A stretch of DNA of 64,000 nt from Adineta vaga (Eukaryota; Animalia; Rotifera), in contig CP075496.1 in assembly GCA_021613535.1 (NCBI GenBank), forward strand, positions 9,858,001 to 9,922,000, in the 5' to 3' direction. The first letter of the stretch is position 1. Each line of letters starts with the position of its first letter. The translations under genes and the position numbers were made by a program. A model generated the notes under the pieces. The model saw nothing but the letters and a program-made list of their open reading frames with translations, ran no database searches and had not been told where the DNA came from. This document shows, one piece after another, positions 34,877 to 47,287 of the stretch.

Positions 34877-35465
34877 GCACCGGAAAATTCAGCAACGAAA
34901 AGTTGAGCACAAGATGTGGATAAGTCTACATCTTAAAAAAAGTACTTTACTTAACCTTTTCAAAAAAAATTTCTGAGATTTGCAGAGTTCGAAAGGAAGT
35001 TTTTAGATTTACAAACCTTTGAATAGAGATACAGAATATGGATCGATCTTTACCTTTGAAGAATCTTTCCTACGACACGATCTCCAAGCCCTATAATGTG
35101 AAACCTTAGCTGGGCTCCATACAAAAATATCAAAACATTATGGTTTTTTCAATAAAATCTGATTATTCTTGCGAAGTTTCAAAGTTTCATGTGAAACCAT
35201 TAGTACCTTATATAAACTCTCAATGTTTCGGTTTTTTCGTATGAATCATTTTTATGCTTTACGACGCGTATGAAAGGTTTCATATCATAAGCTTCCAAAT
35301 TTGTGTTTAGACAAGACGTTTAACGGTTTGTAAATCTAAAAACTTCCTTTCGAAATCTGCAAATCTCAGAATATTTTTTTGAAAAGGTTAAGTAAAGTAC
35401 CTTTTTCAAGATGTAGACTTATCCATATCTGGTGCTCAACTTTTCGTTGCTAAATTTTCCGGTGC
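34877..35465. mobile_element. MITE-like element with terminal inverted repeats of about 140 bp
   Basis: 34877..35017 (gcaccggaaaattcagcaacgaaaagttgagcac...tttttagatttacaaacc) is the reverse complement of 35325..35465 with few mismatches; the interior of about 300 bp is non-coding. Confidence 0.8.
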
Positions 35466-36452
35466 GCATGATCCCTTGTGCTCATCGTTCACTAACCCTT
35501 GATCATATTCGTTAGCTCTTTGACGATATTGAATATAGACAAAGATTAGGCCTGAAGTTTTTCTATATAATCGAATATATTCCTTCATTAGAGTTCGTAT
35601 TTTGATCTGATAAAATCGAAAATGATGAAAACAGTAAATATTTAAAATAAGAATACGTGGAACAACTATAACAAAATTCAAATCATGTGAAGTACTTTAT
35701 AACATTTTCATCAGTATAGTATACATATTCAAACTTTATTGATTTTTCTCTAAACGCAGAAATAAAAACGTACTTCGATAGATATTTATCATAACAAAGT
35801 TGCTGTCTTGTATGGTGACATTAGTTGATAACTTTATGTATGAAGAGTACGGAAGAAATCGTTGAATATATTCATTGTAATAATACAAATATTTTAGGTA
35901 TTGAAGATAAAGTCAATATATAGTATAGCGCTTATATTAAATACGTAAGAAGCAGATGTAATTTCTCCAACTACATCTTCGAGTCTTTTTCTCTGTGTTA
36001 CGCCACTATCATTTTCATACTTATTTTTCTCTCCATTATACAAAAAACACGTGGATTCAAAGTATATGTTGACAATAGACGTTACTGTTGTCTACATTAA
36101 CGCGAGTGGTTAAAGCACTATTTCAATTCTTATATGTCTATCGGATGAATAATAATTTGACTAACGTATGTAAATCGTTGTTGACATATATTTATATACA
36201 GGCAAGTATACAACTCCATCTGATTGTAAGTTGTATTCTATCAGGAAGAGAGTAGAAAACTCATACTATAGAGGGCGAAAACGGCATGTCTTTTTAATAT
36301 AAGAGATTGGCCAGATTAAAAGCAAATCTGATTTCATAATGATGACTTAATAAAAACACAAGTGAAAAAATCTGCAAAATAAAAATTTCTCCTATCTGCA
36401 TCTTCATTGGTTCTACTTCCTATTTCGCCTGAAATCAACTTAACAGTCAGAG

Positions 36453-37750
36453 ATGGATATATTTCGTAAGAGCATATATTGTGCAGAGAGAGAGTCGACA
36501 AAAACCATTAATATAATTATTTTTTGGATTTTTTCAGACTAGTACAACAAATATTAGAAGAATGGGAACTAGTAGGTCTCTAAGCGAGTATGTAAGATAA
36601 AATAGTAACCATCATAGATTTTATGCCAAGTTTTTCTACTAAAGTATTACTGCAAATATATCACCAGCAAGTTTGAAACGAGACTTTCTTGGCGATCATT
36701 CATCGAATCAACGAACTCTTCATATTCTTCAATGGAATACTCTTGCACAAGGTATATTTGTTGACTAAGTTTCTTTCACAATTAGAAATCAAGCGAAATT
36801 CTTCTTTAGGTCTATCTAATCCACAGAGAAATTTTGTTCGAGTCAAAAATGAAACGGTAGCATTTGAGACTCGTAAATGGCGTATTTTAGAACAAATTCT
36901 TATTCGTCAACCTGATCTATGTTCATTAGAAGAAGTTGATATATATGAATGTTTTCTTCAACATCACTTACCAAAACATGGGTAAATCGAGACAATCCAA
37001 GTTTAGCTAATATTTCAAATTACAACTTGATTTAGATACACTTGTTTCTTCACTCCTAAACCCAAATCTCCATGTTTTACCTTTCAAAATGATACTGCTA
37101 ATTTCAAAGGACCAGATGGTGTTCTTCTATGTTATAAAACAGACTTATTCGAAGAAATTCAACGATATTATTATAAACAATCGAATGATAATATTCAAGG
37201 TAAACCGGTTAGTATTCAATTAAATTTATTTCATAATTTATAATATCTAATTCATTATTACATATAGTTTTTTGCTGCTCTCGAATTAAAACATAAGCCA
37301 TCATCAACAAATATTGTTTTTGTTGGCACACATTTAAAAGCAAAGAAACCATTTGCAAACATGCGAATAACTCAAACAAAAGCTATTCTTCAATATTTAT
37401 CTGAACATTATTCCACACGCACGCATACAATTATCGCGGGTGATTTCAATGGTGATTCAGAAGAACCTTTCTACGATATGATTCGTCAATCTGGTTTCTC
37501 CAGTGCTTATCGAACGTTCTTAAATGATAAAGAACCTCCATTTACAACATGGAAATTTCGAGAACATAACGGAATTGAAGATGATCAATGTCGAACGATT
37601 GATTATATCTTTTATAAATCGGAAGGTTTTACACCAATGGCTATCTTACAACTTCCAAGTCGAGAAGATATTGGTTGTAATGGACTTCCATCAGATGAAT
37701 ATCCATCAGATCATTTAGCGATCGAAACAATTTTTAATATTAATCCATAA
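36453..37750 (+). CDS. NOCT: Nocturnin-like EEP phosphatase (NADP(H) 2'-phosphatase family), multi-exon
   Basis: ILQWNTLAQGLS, QPDLCSLEEVD, PKPKSPC, GPDG, THLKAK, GDFNGD, FTTWKFR, TIDYIFY, LPSDEYPSDHL. The 5' exons are tentative. Confidence 0.8.
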
Positions 37751-37848
37751 AAAACATTTTTTCTTATACAGCCGAGAGAGAGAGAGAGAAGATTGAATCT
37801 CAAAAATTAAAATCATCACGAAGAAAACTTTTCAAGTCTCGTGATATT

Positions 37849-39430
37849 CTAACTAAAATTTGAAAGAATAAATGTTCCATTGTTTGTATCATATGTCAAG
37901 GTCATATTAGGTATCACCGAATTTACTTCTTGAAAAGAATATTGCATAAATGGACCAGTTTTAGAAGCTTGAATACGAAGAAATGATGATTTCAATAAGC
38001 AATACTGATATTTCCTACTATCTTACCTTGTATGCCAATAGTACAATTGGCACCGCGATCACTGACATCATAATAAATATATTCAACAACACCAGAATAT
38101 TGTTCAAAGAGTAAAACTTGAAAATGATAATATTCTTTTGGTGCTCGATAATGACTGCAGTAATATTCAAAAATTACCGTTCGATTTGGTGTCTCTCCTT
38201 GAATTTCATAATATATGCCTTGTGATGTATTTGCATAAACATAAAGATCATCCCAATATGGAAACGCTGTTGTACCAGAGAATCTATGAGCAGGAAGAGT
38301 TGTTTCAGTATATTCAGTTGAACAACTTCCAAGACAAAGAACCTATATATCGAAACTTTCTTTTAGATCAATCAGATGAATCAAATAGTCTTTTTAATGG
38401 AGATAATTCTCATGCGTCTGACATGTAGAATATCGTTTTGCGAAACTGTAACATACTGCGAGGAAATTAATACATCTATCTTATATTCGTGATACATTTG
38501 ATGTTTACTCTCAATAACTCGAAAGTAATGATTGATTTGAAAGATTTTTCCCTCTACCCATAGACCAGAAAATTCTTAATCAAATCAAAAGAATTCTTAC
38601 ACCATTGGTTGATACTTGAATGAAATTTGTTGTCGTATTATAAAGAGTAACATTGAGTGGAAGAGTTACATTATAGAATACATCATCGACAGATCCATTC
38701 AACGCTGCTGTAAAAATGGGAATTGCTTTTGTTAGTTGTACGGCTGGAGCAGAACTACATTGACCAGCAGAACAACTTGTATAATTAACTGGACAAACAT
38801 AACCAACTAAACCACAATTGTAGAAATCGATCAATATATTGACACAATGTCCAAGAGGTGTTGGCTTGAATGGATATACACAATTAACTGAAAAAATATA
38901 TCAGTATTTAGAATACATGTGTAAGAAGAAGAACTTAATTTGAAGACATTAAAATTCTTACTTTCTGTCGTTGTTTCAATTGGACTTGAAATAAACGTTG
39001 TTATTTTAGTAGTCTTGTTGAATGTGTCTAAGAGAAACGAGATTTTTGAAAATATTGTACTTTTATCGATTTGATTCCTTTTTAGCTTAAAACGTCTTTC
39101 GTATAGAAAACATCTCATACTATCTTTGTTTTATGAGAACATTTACTTTCTAAAGTGGTAGTTAGTTTTTGCGTTGTAGTAGATGATTTTGTTGAGATCG
39201 TTGACGTTGGTTCTGTGTAAAATATAATAAATGTACAAGAATAGAAGAACTCTTTTTCTTTACTAACCTGATATATTGCTCTTCGTTATGTTTTGTTTCA
39301 CGAGCACAAGGGGAAGAACAATTGCTAATATTAATACCACTAGGAGACACAATAACATCAATATCCAAAGTATAAAACGTCTAGCAAAATAGTAACGATA
39401 GTATATTTGCTGAACGAAACAATTTTTCAT
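37849..39430 (-). CDS. Membrane-anchored extracellular protein with a Cys-rich repeat and a NIDO-like domain, multi-exon
   Basis: Hydrophobic anchor ILWILMLLCLLVVLILAIVLPLVLV; DFYNCGLVGYVC...CSAGQC; DDVFYNVTLP..VSTNG and AFPYWDDLY. Confidence 0.6.
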
Positions 39431-40356
39431 TTACTGTTTTCTTTTCGTAGTTCTCTTTGAATCGCTTACTGGTGTATTATATACATGTTCATCAAACGGT
39501 TGTTGTTTATTCATTGCTATTCAATTAGTCTAATATAAGATAGTGAGTAGTCATATTAGAAGAATGGACTTCTTACTTTAAAGTATTGAATTTATATTCG
39601 CCTGATTTTCTTATGTGATTTAATACATTAATGATTTCTAAAGACGAAGAAAGTTTAATGCATATTATTATGAAAGAAAAAAATTCGTGTATCAATGTTT
39701 TTATAAAATATTCTCGATACCAATACGTTTGCTCCATATTGTATAAATTCTATTGCAGTGCAGATAAAGAACATTTTTCATTCACTGTTAGAATCATATG
39801 ATCGCAGTATTTCAGCAAAATAAAAAAAAAGAACATTTTTCATTATTATGATTGACTATGTAAAATATTGCCTGTTTTTAAAGTATCCTATTCTCGTAAA
39901 TAAGTCGTATAATCAACTGTATTGGCTCATAGAATGTTTCTTTTTGTCGTTACAACATCTCAATTATGTATACATCAATAAAACCGTTTTGTAAGCTTGA
40001 AGATACTATATGCATATGATACTAATAAGTAAATGTACGAATCCTTTTCATTGAAGATATTATATTTCAGAGGAATGACAGACACTGACGTTAAATCACA
40101 TTTCAAATAAATGCAGATTCAGTTATGTTGAATGTCGTAACTATTTCTTAAATATTTTTCATAGGAAAATAGAGTTAAAAGATAGATTGATAGCGCATTT
40201 TATTTCAATAATGGACTTCGCTTTGCTTTATCAGCGAATTAGTTGGTAGAAAAATAGGTTTTTAATAGGTATATTTATTCATAAATTTGTAAATAAGTAT
40301 AAAACAACAACCAATAAATGAAAATTACAGTGAACAGATTGTACCACGCTCAAGTC

Positions 40357-40882
40357 TTAAAAAACATGACGATTCGATACATTCGATGCCGATGGACGCT
40401 TTTTATAACAGCAAATAGAAATCACCAATAACAATGCTAATATTGGAATTCCCAGACCGAGTGAAAGACCGAGAATAAGAGGCAGTTTGTTTTTACCTAA
40501 AAAAAGAAAACAAAAGTGATCAGGAGTCAATTTAAACAATGAGCTATTTTATAATTTACTCGATGGTGGTTCATTTTCCATCGTAACATTGCCACCTGTT
40601 GTCAGATCATTTGTTGTGAAAGATGTTTCATGGACTGTTGTAGTATCTAAAGAAATCTTTGTATACAATGATTGATATCTTAGATATAATCATACTTTTT
40701 ACAATGGGAGTCGTTAATGAGGAATTCACTTCGCTAGAATTCATTGTATCTGTCGATGGAGAACTATAGTCACAAGAACAGCAGATCAATGTGATTAATA
40801 AACCTTTAAAGAATAAAAACTTTATTAATCGGTTGATTATTATTGTCTTTCTTTTACCTGTACCAATATGGAATAGATGCAT
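40357..40882 (-). CDS. Small single-pass membrane protein, multi-exon
   Basis: Signal-like start, Ser/Thr-rich stalk, and TM segment LPLILGLSLGLGIPILALLLVISICC followed by basic residues; short GT-AG introns. Confidence 0.55.
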
Positions 40883-41533
40883 TGCAATATACTATGGAAT
40901 TTTTCTAAAATAATAGAAAGAATATCCTCGACTGAACGTATATTTATAGTATTAAAGCCACTATTTGTTTTCCTTTCTGAGTAATGTAAAACGCACCCAC
41001 TTGATTTTAATCAAAGGCTAACAGTGTATCTATAACGCTGGAGATTCCGACAAGTATTGACGTCAAGATGAACGGAATGTCAACACACACACATGACAAT
41101 TTTTTATTATTATTACTCAACTACGCTAGATTATTCATGAATCTATTTGATTATGCGTGATGTTAACGTGAACTTATATTTGATATCTATGATATTACGA
41201 TGACTTCATTTCCATGATAGATTTACAGGATTAGTCATTTGCTATCGTCAGAATTACACAATTTCCGTGAAAAACATATTTGATTATTACTCATAAAAAT
41301 CATAGCATATGGAAAACACAATTTTATCTATTGAAGTTAAATATATTTCATTGAAATGGCGGATATACACTAGATGAAATACTACAGACAACTATTCATA
41401 CATTCTTAGTCAAATTCTTATACACTTAGGACTAGTTATAGTTATCAATTTCAATTTGTTTCAAGTGGAAGATAAGAAAATGCATTTGTTTAAATAAAAA
41501 ATAAACCTTTATTTCAATACAACAGAAAAAAAA

Positions 41534-43556
41534 TCAACAATGACTCATTCCTTTATTAGATTTTTTCCAGCGAACATGGATTTCCACTATACCATAGCAA
41601 ATCATGCTCACTGAAAGAATACCAAAAAGAATAAACAATGTTACTTGAATGGTTACATAGCTTGCATACTAAAATGACAAACAAATTTCTACATTTACAA
41701 CCTAAAGAAATCATGCTTATACACTATAAGTAAGAAGAGAGCCAAACGATTTCCAAAGACGATATTTTGCTAAAGCAGTTGAATCACTTTCAGAGTAAAG
41801 AACAGTATAAGTAGCTAAAGGAAACGAATAAATATCATATTATGAAAGAAAAGCTCTATACCAATGACTTGTGATTGCCAAACAGCACCAGCAACTCCCC
41901 ATAAGCCAGCAATGAGAAAAAGAATATAAATCTGATCGTCTAATGGTTCCCAGAAATACATAAGAATAAGCATGGAATAGTTTAAAATAGCAGCAATAGT
42001 AAAACATCCAATTCGACCGATATATTTAGTAAGACTACCGAAAATATAACTACTGAAGGCATTACAAACACCATTGCAGATTAATATCAAACCAATAAAA
42101 CTAAAATAGATTTCAACATAAGATTCAAATATCAAAATATATTAAATTCTCTTTGATGATCGACTAGAATCTTCCAATTTTAATTAAAATGCAATAGATA
42201 AATGTATTCATCACGAATTATTATAGCAATAATCTTACCGTATACCGACAAGACAAGTGATAAATGCCTACAATTATGGATTTAAAGTAAATCAATCTGA
42301 TTGACAATAATTATCTTACTCGAGTAAATTGTGCAATTAAAAAACTGTGCTCAATCATAGACCACGCAGTTATTGGTACAAGAAATAACTGATCAACGTG
42401 TTTCCATTGAAATAAAGATCGAAGAACTTCTACACTTTTCTTTAATGATTGTTTTATCGGTTCTAAACAATTTAAATAAAAACTCTCTTTAGATCTCTTT
42501 AAAATTAATCTTTTTACGTGATTTAGCTAAACGAATCTGATCAAGAAAGAAACATAGAAGTATCATTGATATAATACCCATTCCAGCATATATTCCACAA
42601 AGTATATAACGCTATAAAAATCAATAATAATACACTGATATAAAAAAATGATTTCTGCAATGTAACGTACCTTAGTATCGTCAACATCTTCAGATTCTTC
42701 AATTTCTACTTTTACTACTGGATCGAAATAGATTCCACAATTAACTCGTTGTGGTTGATTTGATTGATTAAGTACAAAATATGAAACAGCATTACCCCAA
42801 ATAGTACTTGTACCAAATATAGCAAAGAATATTCCAAAAAAGAAACTAACAATAACATCCACTTTCTTTTGCACATGACGCGTATGATAACGTGCAACAT
42901 AACTTATATAAGTGGCTTGAGATGTCCATAACGGAGCACCAACAATACCACATAAAGCTGCAGCTATATGAGAATAAATCGTTGTTTTTAATAACATTTC
43001 TCAAAGACACTGCTTACTAATGTACATTAATGTTGGTATAGGTCGAATATTAGCACCAATGTATAGAATATAAGCAATTTCTCCAATAACAATAGTCCAT
43101 TTCAATCCAAATATATCCATTGATATACCGGTCAGAAAAATCGAACTAAACTGAAATCTCATTACATTTACTTCATTGTTGTGAATTCGTATTAAATGTA
43201 CTTACTAACACGAAAATAGTTGATACTAGAAGAGAATTGACTCCTACATTACCTTTTGTATTTAAGCTTGACTGAAGTGCAGCAATACCACTATAAGCTG
43301 TAAATAGTAGTACAAAAGCGATTGAGAGTACAGCTAGATTTTTATATATTTGTCGAACTGAAAATGGTGGAACTTCTTCCTTCTCTTTCTCATCATTATT
43401 ATTATCATCATCAATATCATTGATGATAATTGGAATAACAGAAGATATTGACGTATGAAAATCAACCGCAATACTATCAGTAAAAGAAGCATTTTTTGAT
43501 CGATTCTCTTCAGTTGAATTAATTATTGGCGATTCATCTTGTCGTATATCAACCAT
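41534..43556 (-). CDS. unc-93: UNC-93-like MFS membrane protein, multi-exon
   Basis: IYKNLAVLSIAFVLLFTAY..LQSSLN, PLWTSQATYI, FFGIFF..IWGN, GLWG.AGAVWQSQ. Confidence 0.85.
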
Positions 43557-43901
43557 TACGTTACTTCTATAAAACTTTAACAACTGAAAAAGATTGATAA
43601 ACGAACAAATGACGTTTATGTAAGAGATAAGTTTAGAAAGAAAACAAGTCAAGGATTTTGATATCTATTGAATCAACTTATAATTCTTATCTCTAACATA
43701 TATATATATATTATTTTATATAGATGGTGCATCATGAGTTATGCACTTTTCTTTCATTTATATTTAAACAAGAAAGAAACGAAGCATTTTGTTAAAATGA
43801 TAATTCTTTGGATAAAAGACATTTGTTTTTCATCTTTATTTTTTTACAAATACATGTGTGCTAAAAATTGTTTTGTCTTTATGTGTATTTAATTCATATT
43901 A

Positions 43902-45061
43902 TTAACTATGTGATGTTGATTTTCTTTCTTGAGTAGATTTATGGGCAGCCCATGATTTGTAGTAGGTTTCAATTTCTTGAACAAAACCGACATGTCGTGG
44001 TTGCCAACCTAATTCATTGATGGCTTTTGCTGGATTAATAATGCTAAATAAAGACACAATATTGATATTACAACGTCCTATAATCAAGGACTTACGAATC
44101 CGTATCCCATCTTGTTGGCACACCTTCTTCAGCTTTTTTATATTCAATCTTTTCTTGTCGACCTTGGGCTTTAGCCATTGCAGTTCTCAGTTCTTCATAC
44201 GATGGATTATCATTTGGAGCAGCTAAATTATAAACTAAAAGATGCACATATTAATAATAACTGCGATAATGTATCTAAGAAAAGTAATTCCTACGTTGTT
44301 TATCAACGACAACACGTGGAGCTCTAGCAATAGAAACATAACCTTCACCAAGATCATCGATATGTACCCAACTCCAACGCATATCTCTTCTTCCTTGAAT
44401 AACTAATGGTTCTGAATAGAAAAGATCAGCAACAAAACCACCTTGTCCACCGTAAACAAAGCCTGGACGAACGACTGTTGTTTTCAATGCAGCAGATGAT
44501 GTAGCTAGAACGTGATTTTCGTAATCTTCTCGATCCTTCATTGCCGTTACATCAGCTGACGAGGATCCACTATTTCGTTGAGTCGCTGGTTGAGGTCGAG
44601 GTTTAATCATTTCATCAACTGGACGACGACCTGTGGGAGATGTATCACCATCTAATATCATAAACAAATTAAAAAAATGGATTTCATATATTTATTTCAA
44701 TAAACTTACATGTCATAATTCCCGAAGTAAAAATATAAAGTGGAGCATAATGTGGTAATTTGCCATCTTGAGTTCTAATTTTTCCAGTTTGAATCGCTAT
44801 TTCGAGTAGACTAAGAGAAAGCTTTGGAGTGTAACCAACTGCATCAATAATTACTGAGCACGTATTAAGTATGTCAGTAAATGGTTGAACATTATCAAAT
44901 GCTTGTGCAATGATTGGTTCAATTTCATTTCGTTGTAACATATTCGCATGCTTTTCATTACGAATCAATCCATAAACGCGATAACCAGCACGACGAAAAG
45001 CTAGAGCTACACCTAATCCAATATAACCACTAGCACCGATGACTAACACAGAAGAAGACAT
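43902..45061 (-). CDS. NAD-dependent epimerase/dehydratase (extended/atypical SDR), 4 exons
   Basis: Rossmann motif VLVIGASGYIG; IFTSG, VVRPGFVYG, WVHIDDL, KAINELGWQPRH; the two 3' introns were checked and keep the frame. Confidence 0.85.
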
Positions 45062-47287
45062 ATCTATAAAAATTAAAGAGCAATAACATGAAACGTTAGA
45101 CAGCGAATGCTAAGAGAAAAAAACAAACATGCATGCGATAACAATGATCGATGTTTATTCTCTTTGTTTTCTCTCTCCAGTATCATATCGAAAAGACATG
45201 TTTACCTATATATATATATATGTCCACGAGAACAAAGAAAAAACGAATATATCATTGTATAATATCGAGGTTTATATCTTGCTCAAATGAAGTTTTTATT
45301 CGTTATTCTTTATCTTCATATTTTAATGAATAAAAATAGAAACTTAATTATATAAAACGGAAAACATAAGATGATGATCATAATTATGTTTCTCTTGAAG
45401 GAACAGTATAAATTGAGAAAAATGTATGCTAAATATATGTGTTTAGAAAGTCCATTTTAATTCCATCAAAAAATAGATTAATTATAATATTTAATATGAT
45501 AACTAGTAAAAAAACGAGGTTTTGTTAAGATATTTTTTGTCTCACCCTATCTAACACTATTAACAACGTGTATCAAATATAGACTATCGAAGAATAAAAA
45601 AACAAGGAGTATCATGATTTCATTTGTACTCTCGATCTCTTTTTTGCTTCATCATGATGACGACATGTGACACTGCAAATACAAGGAATGTTTTTCTTCC
45701 TCTTTCTCGTCTTCATACATGTCGTCATTGTCGGAACTGCGAATACAATCCATAAATAAAGACTATGTAAATTCATGAAAGGATTAATCTCGAAATACAT
45801 ATCAATGACATAAAAAATGTTGAAAACTGCAAAAGAAAATTTCTCAATTCGTCCCAGAATAGTTCATTGAGTAATGAAGAAGAACTACACTCTGCTTAAA
45901 CTTCACTTCATCATCCAAAGAATCCATTGAAAAATTGAACTATTACATGTTTATCTCGGTTGATTTTATCAATGTTTTATTTTTTGAATTTTATTCAACT
46001 CTAATCAATACAATTTAAGAAATGATTATCTAATTCTTTTCAATACATAAACCTTTCGATAATAAACTATGTTAACTATTTGTTGATCATGAGACAATCT
46101 CGGTTTCAACTTTTGTTTTCAAGATTATTTCTCTAATGTATAGTTTTTGAATATTCAGTTAAATTATTACCATTCATAGATCGTAGTAGGTTTTAGTTTT
46201 CACATAAAGTTCTTCAAACAAATATCATATAAGAAATTAAATGATATTTTAAGTGTAATACGAAATTTACGAGATGATGATTCACTTGCGCAATATTTGA
46301 ATATGGGGAACTAATGTTTTGGAGTATTTGTTTTCAAAATTAACTACTTATGTAAAATATATCAAGGATTTATATTTACATTAAAACTAGAATAGGAATG
46401 ACGGTGGACCTCGACTCAAATGATGTGAGTTCTATTTGAATTTCTCATTTTAATGTGGATGAATATAATCGAATTTGATATTTATTGAAATAGCTAGAAT
46501 ATGGAGAAACAATCATGTGTATTATGCCTATTAAAATGATTGTTAATGATCATTTAGGACATATTAGTATGTCAATATGTACAGGAGATACATGCCAGGA
46601 TTATTAGACAATGGACCTGTATCCTAGAAAGTATTTATCATCTGTTTATAAGATCATCGCTTAAATTCTTTGATTGAGTAAAAATATACAATTCAGTCTA
46701 TTAGCGCTTAAGAAGAAATATAGATTAGATAGTTTCTAAAAGAAATACTTTTCAAACGGTTTATTTTTCATGAAAATTCACTTTGATATATGTTCAATTG
46801 TTAACTATACACAAGAAAAATCACTTTATGAAGTCGAAGATCATCGATAAATTTTGAAACTCGAATTCAAATGTCACTATACAATATGAAACGACATTTG
46901 GTTCTTAATACGAAAGCATATAAATATACTCTTGAGATAAAATGTATCAAGTCCTCAAACTTAACTGAGAATTATTAAGTAATTGAAAACAATCAAGATA
47001 TTTTCATAACATTTAATAATTATTAAATATAGATGTTCGAATTTCCGAGTGGTAATCAATAGAATCGTGCTTGGGTCGGTATTCTGAGGATAAAAAGAGA
47101 GTACAAATCTTCTTACGAATTTTGACAAGTTCTCCAAAACTTTCAAAGATATATCTCGTACATCTCGAAAGTTTTTGCCGTATATTTAAAAATCGCTAAT
47201 GCAGAACAAGACTAAGTTTCAAGATTAAAATGAACAATACGATTGTGAATGGGTTCCAGTCTTTTATAGTGGAGATGCAGTTGAATA

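Noticed and set aside
41534-43556. UNC-93-like gene as UNC93B1-type nucleic-acid-sensing support
   Set aside because: The motifs fit the general UNC-93/UNC93A family, and nothing in the sequence ties it to TLR trafficking.
45400-47280. Possible gene remnant in the AT-rich spacer
   Set aside because: No motif or consistent reading frame could be recognised.
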